Shown: positions 11,091 through 24,372 of the stretch, one piece after another
How the letters are laid out: every line of letters starts with the position of its first letter
How positions within the stretch are numbered: the stretch's first letter is position 1
NCBI RefSeq assembly: GCF_016432865.1
Contig: NC_067399.1
Location: 515,344,001 to 515,408,000 of the forward strand
Origin: Antechinus flavipes
Lineage: Eukaryota
Direction of reading: 5' to 3'
DNA length: 64,000 bases
Position numbers and translations under genes: made by a program
Notes under the pieces: generated by a model
The model's input: the letters and a program-made list of their open reading frames with translations, nothing else
What the model was told of the DNA's origin: nothing
Database searches by the model: none

Positions 11091-14000
11091 CTAAGTGTTG
11101 GGCCCAATCCGTGCCGATTCTGTGGAAAGGAAGTAGGTGCGGAGCTGTCCTTTGCCTTTAACCTTGATTACTCCTCGACTATAGCAGGTATAGCCCAAAG
11201 ACTGTAGGACCCGGGCTGTTTCCTCAGTTACCTGGAAATGATAAAAGAGATAATGGTGGGCTAGGGCTGGGATCCTGCTTTCTGTGTCCTGTCCTCTATG
11301 TGTTGCCTACTCATCACATTTCTCTTGACCCCCCTTACCTGGATCTTGCCCAAAACCCCTGTGCTCTCCATTCTGCTAGCCACATTCACAGTGTTGCCCC
11401 AGATATCATACTGTGGTTTCTGTGCTCCAATTACCCCAGCCACGACTGGCCCATGATTCAACCCTGAAACAGGAGGGAGAAATGCTTACCCCTAAGGGAA
11501 ACGAAGTTGAAGGCTGATGTACAGAAAGGGTATGATTTACAAACCAAACACTAGTCAGACTCATTCTCTAGCTGAAAGGGTCATTAAGTTATGAATCTAA
11601 GCAGGATACTATTTCATTACCCAATCATTCATTGGGAAAGAAATTATGATTGCCAACATGACCACATATAAACACTTGAGGACTTTGGAGGGTAAATGTA
11701 TTTTCTCTAGCTGCCCCGTGATGATGAGATGTCATCATCCCACAGAGAAAGACTTGGTCACCCCACCATGATTTTAACTCTAAGTTTATGGGAAAGGTGA
11801 GGAATTGGGTTTGTTTTTCAAAGGTTTTGGTATCACTCCTCTACTTTTGGTACAACAGGTACAGATTGAGTTGGTAAGAAAAGAATGTCTTAAGGAAGCC
11901 CTAATGAGATCTGAGAGAGATGGGGGAGAGTATGCGGTGGAAGAGACCCTGTGGGTGGGCTAGGAAAAAGAGTCTGGTTTCCTCACCCACACGCAGGCGG
12001 AAGTTGTTGAATGAGTGCTTGTTGATGATGTCCAGTTTGGCCCCCAGTGCCACTGCAAACTCCACCATAGTGCCCAGGTGGCTGCAACTTCGTTCAGAGT
12101 CCTAGCAACACGTGCCACCCACCAGAACGAACCAGCAAAGGAACAGACAGGTTATATTTATGGCATATACTAGTGAGGGTCTGGGGAGGTATTTTCTCTA
12201 GGATGCACCATTGAGGAAAACGACATTAAACATATCAATGAAGGAAGGCAGAGGATCATTTTCCATGAAACCACCACTAAGAGAACAGAAAAAGACTTCA
12301 TCCTTGGGATCTAACCAAAGGGGGTTGATCCCAAGAGATTTTCCAGAACTGGTAGAAACTGCTGAACACAGAAGGGAAAGGACTAAATACCTGCTGGGTA
12401 TCCTGTCCAGAGGTGGCATTTAACCCTGTAGCTGCCATATATGTGCTGCCAATAGTTTTGATCTTTTCCACACCGCTGAACTTGGGTTTCGAGAGTAGCT
12501 GTGGGGGACAGTAGCAGTATTGACTAGGAACCAGATTTCTCTCCCTATTTTTATCCCAATCCCAACAATTAAAAACTTAACTTTTGGAAAGGGAAACTGG
12601 AATGGAGCAGAGGTGCAATAGGAAGGAAGTAAAAGGTTTGGGAAGATGATAAGTACTGGATAACTAAGATATTTGTGGGAGAAGAAAGTAGAAGACCCAA
12701 ATAGGGAAGTCTTGGGTTGGGAAAAAACAAGTTTGCTAATTTTTGGTCAGGATATAGTAGAGGTCAGGAAGATTCAGAAGGGAATCACTGGGAAACATTG
12801 GGGAATGGGGCTTGAAGCACAAAAATGGGAAGGTTTTTTTTTTTTTGTTTTTTGTTTTTTTTACCTCATCAAAATCTGCAATGATCTCATTCAGCAGCCG
12901 AAGACATTCTAGCCCCTCTCGGTTAATGTTGGACTCAGAGTAAAATTCCTTGAAGTCAGGGACAGAAGCAAAGAGGACACAGACACACTCATAGGATTGG
13001 TGGTAGAGATCCTGGGTGAGTGGAAGAGTCAGAAAGATAAGGTACATGCCCACCTCAAATTCCTTGTCTATGTGGGATGGTTTCCTCCCTCTATTTATGT
13101 ACTACATGGAATTATCCCAGTCCATTCATTTTTTGTAAATATTAGATAAGGGAAACAGGTCAATTTGGTGAAGTAGTTTGGGGAAACTAAAGATTGGGAT
13201 ACTCATTGTGAACAAGGGAAAAGTCAATTTATTGCAGGAAAGAAGAGTTGCTCTATAGTGGTAGTTATAAAGGGTCAAGGTCACCTCATTTCGCCGGTTC
13301 TGACCAATGAACTGAGGGGCAACATGTGCAGGCAGCACATTTTCTAGCAGCAGTCGAGTCAGGTTCTCCATTGTCTCTGTCTCCTCTCGCTCTTGACGAA
13401 GCTTTTTTTTCCACAGGAAGTCCAATCGGCAATAATACTCATTCTGGGAGGAGTTTGCCACCATAGGACACGGGGGAAGAGAAGCATCAATGCAAAGAAA
13501 TCAGGGGTCAGGGTAGGGTTGACTTTCCATGTAGGTAGACAATGGAAGTAGTCTCATCTGTTATCTGGGATATTAGGAGTACCTCCTTATCTCACATACA
13601 CACATCCTAAAACATATCTCCCCTTTCTTCATGATGCTTAAATTTATATTTCTTAATAATAGGGAAATCTTGGAGTATAAGTACTTCCCAGAAGAGATAA
13701 CCAAGAGACTTAAAATTTACGCTGAGGTGTGACTGATACCACATTCTTTCCTTTTTGGTCTGGAGAAGGGAAGAAAGAGTTTAAGGATACTGGATTCCTG
13801 GAGATTATGAGGAGAAAGAAAATCAACAATGGGGTGAAGATGAAGAAGGGTAAACCTGAAGTCACCCAGCAGACAAACTCTACCTTCTTTGAGATTTTGC
13901 TCTGGGACTAACCTTATGGAATGAATATGGATATAGAAGATTGGACGGGGACATTATTGAAGGGAAAGTGGGGGATATAGCCAAGGGCAAGGTACATACC

Positions 14001-15869
14001 AAATCATAGATATGGGAAACCCAACATCATCCATTTCTAGGTAGACCCAGAGTACTGTGTATACTCCCTCCCTCTCCCTCCTCTCTCCCCATGGAATTGG
14101 GTAGTACAGAAACTTGAAGCTGGTAAACTGACCTGCCGAGCCAGAGCCAGAAGGGTGAAGAAAAAGACGAAGAAGGAGATGGCACCCATCAGTTTGGGTT
14201 CTTTTAGCACCCCGGGCCTGAGGAAGCTACACATTAGAGTTTCTCATCACACTTCTTCCCCCAGTCTCCCCCATTTTCCAAGTTCCTCTCCATCCTCTTT
14301 TCATTTCCCCCCAATTAACAGAGTCAGCACCAGGGACAGATCCAACCAGCCCAGGTTTGCCCTCCCCCCTCACCCACCAGAAAGCTGTTGGCTACCGCCT
14401 GGGCTCACTCCTCAGGGTTGGGTACCTTTGAGCATTGTGAGTCGGGTAGAGATGGGCAACGAGGCAGTCAGATAGCCAGGCATGGGAATGCAAGAAGAGG
14501 CTGCAGGAGGCCAGCAACCAGAGCAGTAGCAGCAGCAGCTTCAGTTCGAAGTTCATATGCAGAAAAAGGGAGCAGGAGAGGAAACCCAGCACACAGCAAT
14601 GCATGGAGTACTGGAGACATAGAGGCAGATGGAGGTGTGGTATCAGGGAAAGGGAAAAGGATCAAAGGCAGGGAAGAAATCACCTTATCTGTAAAAGGGC
14701 ATGGTATCAGATGATCTCTAAAGTCTCTTCTCTAGATCTATAACCTTTATGCCAAATGAGGTGTGTGTGTGTGTGTGTGTGTGTGTTGTGTGTGTGTGTG
14801 TGTGTGTGTGTGTGCCCCTTTCTAGTTCCATTCCTTTCTGACTCCTAAGGTTGCCATTTTCCCTCCTCCTGTGTACCCCTCCCTTTCCCAGTTCCTATTT
14901 CTGTGAACCAAGAGAGAACTCAAAAGTTTGGCTTTCTCTAGTGCCCCTCCCCAAACAGGATGAAACTTTGAGGCCAAATTTGTATTCCTCTGTTCTGATT
15001 ATATCTTTCCAAGGTTAGGCGGTCTTTAAGCAGAGCTTGGGACAGTGCTTACTGGGTGGAGTCAGGCAGAAGACTCACCGGGATGCTGATGAGAGGCAAG
15101 GAGCCAGAGATTTCCCAAGAGCTATTGAAAGCAGCAACAGAGGAATTGTGGGCTGGGAAGGAGCAGTCAGACACTGGCTGAAAGAACTGTTAAAGGAGAG
15201 AGAGCTGAGAAAGAGCAAGAAATTTTTTTGAGCACAAAAATGGGTTGGGATTGACCCTTAATTATCCTGGAGTAATGATGTTATGTTTCTTGTATTGGGT
15301 CAGATCCTAGTTAAACAGTTCACTGTTTTTAGTTGGGGTTGGGGATGGCTAGGGGAAAAGAAGTAATAAAATTAAGGATCTAATAGGAATATCCTATTAT
15401 CAATCAACTTGTTCCCAGACTCTGATTCTCTACTTTTGCTCTTCTATGAGAATTTAGTTAGTGGTGTTTTTTTTTTTTTCTTAACAGCATTTCTACATAA
15501 GGAATCAGGTTTTTCTTTTTCTTTTCTTCTCTCTGTCTTGTGTGTGTGATGGGAGCAACCTGCTATTGGCTGCTTGGGATTTAATTTTGACCAGCAGAAT
15601 AAATCCCTTCGTGTGAAAGGATAATAACAAAATAAGGAGATCAAGAGGCAGTTGTGTTCTCTGACCACTTTCTTTTTCCCTCTTGCCTCTGATTTATTTC
15701 ATTCTCAATTCACAAGCAGCATCTGAGTCAGTAAAGGCTGATTTGCAATTCCTTCAAGGGTGTTATGATTCACAGCTGTGGGGGCTTTCAGAGAACTGAC
15801 CCACTACAATAGTACAGTCCCCTTTAACCTTTTACAGGCTTTCTTGGTTTTGCACTTAGGCATGGTTGT

Positions 15870-15905
<36 letters not shown>

Positions 15906-18900
15906 TCACAGTTAAATGATTTGTCACACAACTAGTAAGTGTCTGAGGTTGAATTTGAATTCAGATTCTCATGATACTAGGGGCTGGTACTGTGTCCATT
16001 GTCCCACTTAGCTACCCTCCTATTTATCCCCATCCCCATTTCTTTTTTTCTTTATACCATACTTTCACAACCAGCTGTTTTTGACCAGCAGCTCAGGCTC
16101 ACTCACCAGGTTGACAATAGCCATAGTGAGGACAATAAGGATGGTGGTGGTGCCGAGGGCAACTCGAAGGCCGGGTCTTGTGGCTACTGTTCCTGAGAGA
16201 GCTGGAAGCCAATGCAGAAACTTGGGACCTTTCAGGACACATCTCTGAGGTAGAGAAAAAACTGAGTTAGATATGAGATGGGGGCTTTGTCTGCAGGAAA
16301 GGTTCTGACTAGGATTGCTCAAGTTTTCCAAATCCTACACACACCAATGGCCTCTCTTAAATGAAGGAGGAAGTCCTGATCTTACTCCCTTGGGATAATC
16401 TATGTCCCAGTCTGTTCCTAGGCTGGCAGGATCTGAGTAGGTTTCTGGAATATCTCTGGAGTGCTTAGTTTGATAGATCCAGAAGAGGAACAAAAACCCT
16501 AGATAGATTCCCTTAGATAGGATTAATGCTTCATCCCCTGGTCTAAGTCTCACTTACTTAAGAAAAGTAAAAATGAGTCCCAAGTCCAAGAGTTTTTACA
16601 GTCATTTTTCTTTCTTTTCATTCTTCTTCTCCTAATATTCTTTTCCTCTGCCTTTTCCCAGTCCATGAATCAAAAAAATGGATATGACTCCCCCAAAACA
16701 AAGCCCCAAGCCCTAGGTAAATCTAAAACAAAAAGACCAGCTTGCCCCAGGTTACTGGGGCAGTTTAAATAGTAATAATCTGGCTTGGGGTTCTGTAGTC
16801 TTCTCTTACCGTCATGTGTTCTGAGAAGCAGATGAAAAGGAGAAGGCAAAAGAGGATGAAGATGATGCCATAAGTGACAGCCAGAGCTGGGGGCCTACCA
16901 GAGATAGGAAAAAAACCACTCATATGATTCTCCTGGACAATTATCCTGATGGGCTGTCTAGATGGAGCTTTCTGCCTGGGAGAAGATTCTGGATAATACA
17001 ATCTTGCGTTGTTGAATTGTGTGTCCAGGAGGACCAGATGAAATAGCTATCAAATCAAGGCTAGAAGTGAAAAAGAGATTAGGGAAAGACTAGAGCTGGA
17101 AAGGTAGTTATTTTCTATCAGAATGAAGAGAACATTGAATTTGGAGTTAAGATCCAAATTCAAATCTGGAACTTACTAGCTCTGTGATTTTGTTCAAGTT
17201 CACTAACCTCTGTCTACATCAATTTCCTTACTTGTAAAATGGGAATAATACAGATTGCTTGTTATCTAGGGGAGTGGAGAGGAAGGAAGGTTGTTGTGAG
17301 GATAAAATGAGATAATATTTGTAAAGCACCTTGTAAATCTTAAAATTCTATATAATGCCAGCGATTATTATATTATGATTGGAGGGGACACTGGGTTCTT
17401 GAAAACAGGGATCTCTGGCAGATCTCATGAAGTTTTAAAGGCTACAGGTATAGTCTTGGGACCTAAGGGTCAACCTAGTTACATTAAAAGAAACATTTCA
17501 GAGACTTGGCCAGCATATGTGGGAAATTATCAGCTCAGGGCAACTCATGCAGATCCCCTAAAACAGAGGTCCTCAAACTTTTAAAATAGGGGGCCAGTTC
17601 ACTGTCCCTCAGACTGTTGGAGGGCTGGACTATAGTAAAAACAACTTTGTTTTGTGGACCTTTAATTAAAGAAACTTCCTAGCCCTGAGTGAGGGGGATA
17701 AACGTCCTCAGCTGCCGCATCTGGCCCATGGGCCATAGTGTGAGGACCCAAAAGATGGAGAGACTGTGATCTATCCTGATGAAATCTCAGCTCTTTGTTA
17801 TAGTATGTTTACAAGATTCTTGAGAATATGTGAAATATGATGATAATAATGATAATAAGTTCCCAAGCCACCTCAATACCTCAGCTACCTGTTTCCCACC
17901 TGTTGGTACCTGTCACCATGAGGAATGAGAAGGATGAATTAAAAAGAGGTGAAAATGGAAAAGAGGGAAGACAGAGCTAGGAGAATCAACAATAATTATA
18001 ATTTCCATTTAAATAGGACTTTACAATTACAAAACATTTTTATAACAATCTTCTGAGGGAGGAACTCATTTGACAAAGAAGGAATCTAAGGCTTGGAGAG
18101 TTTAAGTGATTTTCCTGGGGTCATAAATTTTAGTGGTGTGGTTCTTCTGAGTCTAGGTTCAGTATTTTTTTTTCACTACAATGTCTCAGTGGGAGAGAAC
18201 AACATCTTTTCTTGCTCAGGTTCCTCCACAGAGGTCTGGGGCAAGGGCAGGGGTAGCTCACCTGTTGGCCACCAGCATCTGAATGGTGAAATTGGAGAGG
18301 AAAACCAGAAAGGTACAAGCTGCGTAATACTTGAAGGCAGGGAGAGCTGAGAGCCGATACTAAGGGAAAAGCAATTGGATGTGGAGATTCAGACCAAGGT
18401 ATCAATGCTGTCTGTCACTCTGAAGGAGTCAATCTAGCCTTAAGTATGTGAGTTCTCTTAGCTCCACCACTTACAGGGTATTCCTTCCCCCACCTTAACA
18501 TACCTTCAATTCAGTTCTCAAAATATCCCCTCTATTGGAGTAGAAACTTAGGCCAAGAAGGAATATATATGCCACATCTGGGTATATAAATTGGTGAAAA
18601 GAGAAAAAGAGAAAAGCTCTTTCCTTCTGAGCAAAGAACTGTGTGTGTCTGTGTGTCTGTGTGTGTGTGTGTGTGTGCGCATTCACATAAGCAGGTGCAT
18701 TAAAATTCCAAATCAAGTTTTAATTAGGTGATATCAAAGTATGAATCATTAAACATACCTGATAAAATGTTCCCAACCCAACCCCAGAACTGTCTTCTGT
18801 AGTCAGTACATAGGAGGGATTTAATCCTGGTTGGCTGACTAGTCCATGACTGGGCATGGGCAAGGACTTTGGGTCAACTGGCTAGGGAGTTCTTTAAGAG

Positions 18901-21900
18901 TCTTTGAGTGATCCCTTGGTATTCCCCTCCACCCCTTCTTTAGATTCAGTCCTTCCATACCTCCTTCTCCATCTCTTTCTCTCGAAAGTACAAGGTGAAT
19001 GGGCTGAAGTCCTTGGATCGTTTCCACTGTCTGGAGAAGCAGGTCGGGGGATGGGGGGGGGGACGGTAAGGCACAGTATTAGTTTTTTCATGGTTAGATG
19101 CCTTACTTTCTCTCACTCTAACCCATTTAGAAATGCACCATGCCATTATCCCCATTCTTTCCCAATTCCCTCATCCCCTGGTCCCTCAATATTGGGAGTC
19201 CTGAAATATAGACTCTGATTTCTACTTACTTCTGGGAATTAAGCTGCTCGATGACTTGAAAGAATTTCTCATCCCCAGTGTCCAGTTCATCCTCAAGTCC
19301 TCTAGGAGTTCTGGTCCTGTTGGGAGACCTCAGCCCATCAGCAGAGAAACTGTCTTGTTTCCCTCATGTCTTTGGGCTAACCTGGTGCTATTGTGTTGTA
19401 AGAACATAGGATCGTGGAGATTTGTTTCAACTTTCTGCACTTTAAGCTACCTCTGTCCTTATCCCAGCTCCCAAGGCCAGTTAAGTTAATGTGTATTGGG
19501 CTTCTTCTCACCGATCCAGGCTCCTCTGAGGGCCCAGGGAGGCCAAGGCATTTTCCTGTTAGGGTAAAATAAAGTACATGAGGAAACTCTGCTAGCAAGT
19601 GTACCTCAGTTCTTTTTGCAGCAACATAAGCTGGAAATTTTAAGTTAAAAATAATCACTAATGTCTCCAATCAAGTTGTCCTACTCCCCTTCACTTTTTT
19701 GTTACCCTTTCCCACTGTCAGACTGATGAGAACTTCTTGAGAAAGGAATGTCTGCAAGTCCCTCCTTATTCCAGTGTCTCATACCTAAGGAAGTCCTTTT
19801 TGATGGCAGATCTTTATTTACCCTGCTGCTACCCTGTAGTTGCTCTACTACAGCATAAGATCTTCAAGGAAAGGGACAATTTTTCATTTTGTTTTTGTAT
19901 CTCCAGCATCTAGCACAGTATTTAATACATGCTTGTTGGTTTGCAATAGTTTGTTTTACGTTTAAGTCATTGGGTTTTCAGAGTTTCCAGGCGTTTGGAT
20001 GCCTGTGTCAGAAAGTAAATCCCAGAAGATTGCCTTTTCCAAAATAGGTAATTGAGGGAGAGAGACAGAGTTCAGTAGTAAAACTAAGATGAACAGGGAT
20101 AGTTTTAGCTCCTGGTTTGATCATTTTTTCAAGTTGCAGCCTTAGAATATCTTTATCCACATATTCCACTAGCATTTCAAATGTAGCATGCTCCAAATTG
20201 AATTCTTTATCTTTCTCTCAACACCTATCATTATTCTCAAACTTTTCCACTCTCTCATTGGTATCTTTCATCCAGTCTCCTAAATTCAAGACCATCAATA
20301 TCATTTTCACCCTCTCCCTCCATATCCATTTAGTTGCCAAATCCCATCAAATCTTCTTTCTAATATCTCCCATACCCACGCTTTCATTTTCATGTTCATT
20401 GCTACCACTCTAATTTAGGGCTTTTATTAGCTTTTTGTAAAAAAAAGTATTTTTATTTTGAACAAATTTAAGGTGGTTAAAATAAGAAGGAAAACAGATA
20501 ACTAGAAAAAAATTTTTATGGTAAGTTTCTCTGATAAAGATCTTGTATCCAAGATACATGTAAAACAAATTAAAATTGATAAAATTAGAGTCATTCTAGA
20601 ATAGATGATAAATGGCTAAAAGAATGGCTAAAAGATATGAAAGGAATTTTCAAAGAAAAAGATCTAAGCTACCAGTAACTATATACAAAAATGCTCCAAA
20701 TAACTAATAAAGAAACACAAATTAAAGAAACTTTGATGTTCTTCATATCCATCAGACTGGCAAAAATTTACAGAACAGGAAAATGACAAATGTTGGGGTG
20801 GATTCAGGAAAACAGGCACACTAATATTCTACTGGGGGAGCTGAGATCGTTTCAACCATTCTAGAAAGTAACTTGGAACTATACCTCCAAAGTCACAAAA
20901 CTGTACAAACCCTTTAACCTAGCAAGGTTTTCTTTTGCTTTTAGGCCAATGTACTCTAAAGAAATCAAAGAGAAAAAGTATTTATTTATATAGCAGCTAA
21001 ACAATGGAAATTAAGGGATGTCTTCTTATTGGGAAATGTCAAAATAAGTTGTGGTATAGGAACGCAATGCAATGTTGTTGTGACATAGAAATGAAGAAAC
21101 TGATAGTTTCAAAGACACCTGGGAAGGGAAGGAAGGAGGAACAGAGTAAGCATTTATATAATATCTCCTATGTTTCAGGTATTTGATCCTCATGATAACC
21201 CTGTGAGGAAGTTATTATCCTTATTATTACAGTTGAGGAAACTAAGGTGAACAGAGATTAAGATTTGGCTAGAGTAATACAGCTAATAAATATATGAGAC
21301 TAAATTGGAACTCAGATTTTCTGACTCCTGGTCAAATACTCTATCCAGATGCCAGGAAGACCTCTATAAACTGATCAAAGTGAGCAGAACTAGAATAATT
21401 TATTCAATAACAATATTATAAAGGAAAACAACTTTGAAAGACTTTAGAACTTTGAACAATGCAATGATTAAGAGTCTTAAGAGTGAAGATGAAACATGCA
21501 ACTTGCTTTTTGATAGAAAGCTCACCAAAGTTAAAATGCAGAAAGAAATACACATTTTCAGATATGAGCAATGTAGGAATATGTTTATGTTAGACTATGT
21601 AGCTTGTATATATTTTGTAAATATATACATAAATACATACAAATAAAAGGTTCTATATATTTTATTTGCTAAAGGAGGGAAATAGTAGAAGGAAGAGTAT
21701 AATAAAAGAAAAAGCCCAAAGAATTAATAATGTTATTTTAATTTATTTTGTTTTAATATAATTGGCTTTTGTACAGTGGTGGTGTTTTGAATTAAAACTC
21801 AGGCACTAAACCAATGTTGCCAAAGGAGAATGATAAAAATATATTATATCATCTTGCTACTAACATACATATATGTGTATATACATACACACATATATTT

Positions 21901-24099
21901 CAATGTACTTATCTTAATGGGGTAGTACTGCTATTGCTACTACTATTATTGGAAATGTATGTTTGGTACTTATTGAAAAAAATAATGTGTTAAGCATATA
22001 GGATTTACATCATTACATTACTAAGATGCATGTGCTATATAACACGATTAAAAAAAGAAAATCATAAAATATGAAAAAGTTTGAGGGTTCAGTGAGAATT
22101 GAATTCAGAATGAGAGATGTTTAGAGGGAATGATATAAGGTTTGATATTTTTCTAATATTTGGTAAGTTAAGATTAAAAAACACCCTGATCTCTTTGGTT
22201 TTGACACTGGACTACAATCCAGAAGGTAATTAGGTGAGGAGGACATAGCTTTATTACCTTTTATTAAGAAAAAGAACAAGGCACATACGCTTGATATTGT
22301 AAAAGGAGCTCTAGTCCTGTGCTCAATAGATTTAGGTTCAAACTCTTGTTCTGATACTCACTAGTTGTGTGACTTTGGACAAGTAATTTAACTTTTCTGA
22401 GCTATTCTTTATTCATGTATAAGATGGAGATAATTATCTGATGGTGCTAACATGAAAACATTTGGAATACTTAAACAATTGCATGAATGTGACATTATTG
22501 TTATTATACCTCTAGTACTCCCTTTCCTCATTATGAGAGCAAAATAATAGCCTCCAACCTAATTTTTACCCCAATCCAGATCTAGACTATATATGGCCTC
22601 TTATGACTAATTAGGATTATCAAGAGGACATGAAACATGCCAAGTCATTCCCTTCATAAGTACAGCAGAGCTCAGACAAAACATAAAGTCCAAAATCAGG
22701 AAGTAACATTGGAAGAATGAACAAAGAAACAAACAAACAAAATAATACTACCAAAAAATATGTTATAGAAATGAGAATGTTCAAGATGGAAATCTAGAAG
22801 AAAAATGGAATTCCAAAACATATACAAGAGAAGAAAAAAAAAACAATTTGTGGAGTTCAATTAGAATCCCTGAAATAAATAAAGCAAGATTTTTAAAAAG
22901 GGTTTTCAAGATGTTTTTTTTTTAATTTTTTACATTATTTCATAAATGAAAGGAGAGGAGAGGCAGAACCAAGATGGTAGAGAAAACGCAGGGACTAGCC
23001 TGAGGTCTCCCCAAAACACTTCTAAATACCTTTAAATAATGCCTCAAAACAAATTCCAGAGCGGCATAACCCACAATTGGAGGGAAACAATTTTTCAGCT
23101 TAAGACAATTAGAAGGTTAGCAAAAAGGTTTTCTGCATCAGGCTGAGAGTAATAACTTACCAAGTAAATTTGAATATAATCCTATGGGGGGGAGGGTAGA
23201 TATATTTTCAAAGAAATACAGATCTTTTAAACATTCCTGATAAAAAGAGTAGAACTGTACAGGAACTTAAAAATATGTACAGGAGTCAAGAAAAACAAAG
23301 GACCAATCCTATTAGACTAAACAAGAATGAACTGTTTACACTCTTATTTGGGGACATGATACATGTACTCCCTCCAAACTCTAACATCACTAGGAATCAT
23401 AAAGGAAATCTAACAAGACAGGGGCATGGGTGTGTTTTTTATTTATAGTTTGATGATCTTAAAAGAAAAAAAGGAAAGGGAGGAGAAAAAGAACAGAATG
23501 GGGGGAAGGAAGGGAGAGGGTGGGGGAAATTATCTCATAATTTGTGTGAACAAGTAGAAGTTCAAACAAAGAAGAAAGAAAGAAGGGAAAAGGTGACATT
23601 TAAATCTCACTTTTATCTGCCTTGGTCAAATGAGGGGAAAATACCATAGATAATTTGTGTGCAAAAAGACATTTCACTCAGCAGGAAATGAGTGAAAAGA
23701 AAGAAAAGAAAGTTCAGTTAGTGGGAACATAGATTGAGGGAAGAACTGCTCCTAAACAAAGCAACTCTCTAACTAAGTAGATTGGATCTCAAATAGGAAT
23801 TTATGACAAAAGAAATAATGGCTAAGAACTATGACTGGGCTCAGAGTGACAGAAAGAGAAAGGGGGCAGGAGAGCAGAAGCATATTGTACCAAATCTAGA
23901 ACAATGCTGCTGAGCATTCTCTCGTACCAGATGTCTTCTTTATAAAAAAGGGGTGAGGAACTCAGTGATTAATCATGATTCTAGAGGAAGCATAATGGAA
24001 CTTGCTACTTGTCTCCTGAGAGAGAGGTGATAGACTCAGGATGCAAATTGAGACATATTTTTTGGACATGGCAACGTGAGAATTTGTTTTGCTTGACTG

Positions 24100-24134
<35 letters not shown>

Positions 24135-24338
24135 GTGTAAATGGTTTTGTTTTCATTTCTTTTTAACAGGGAAGAGGAAGAAAAAATAGCTTTAAAAAGA
24201 TATTGTTTTAAACTTGATTTCACCTTTGTTAATATATTGAGATAATATTACATTGTAGTAGCCTCATCATTCTTTTCTTCCTCTCCTAAGGAGATTGCTG
24301 TGAAAATCTTTTCTCCTCCAAGAAAGACTAAATAGGCT

Positions 24339-24372
<34 letters not shown>

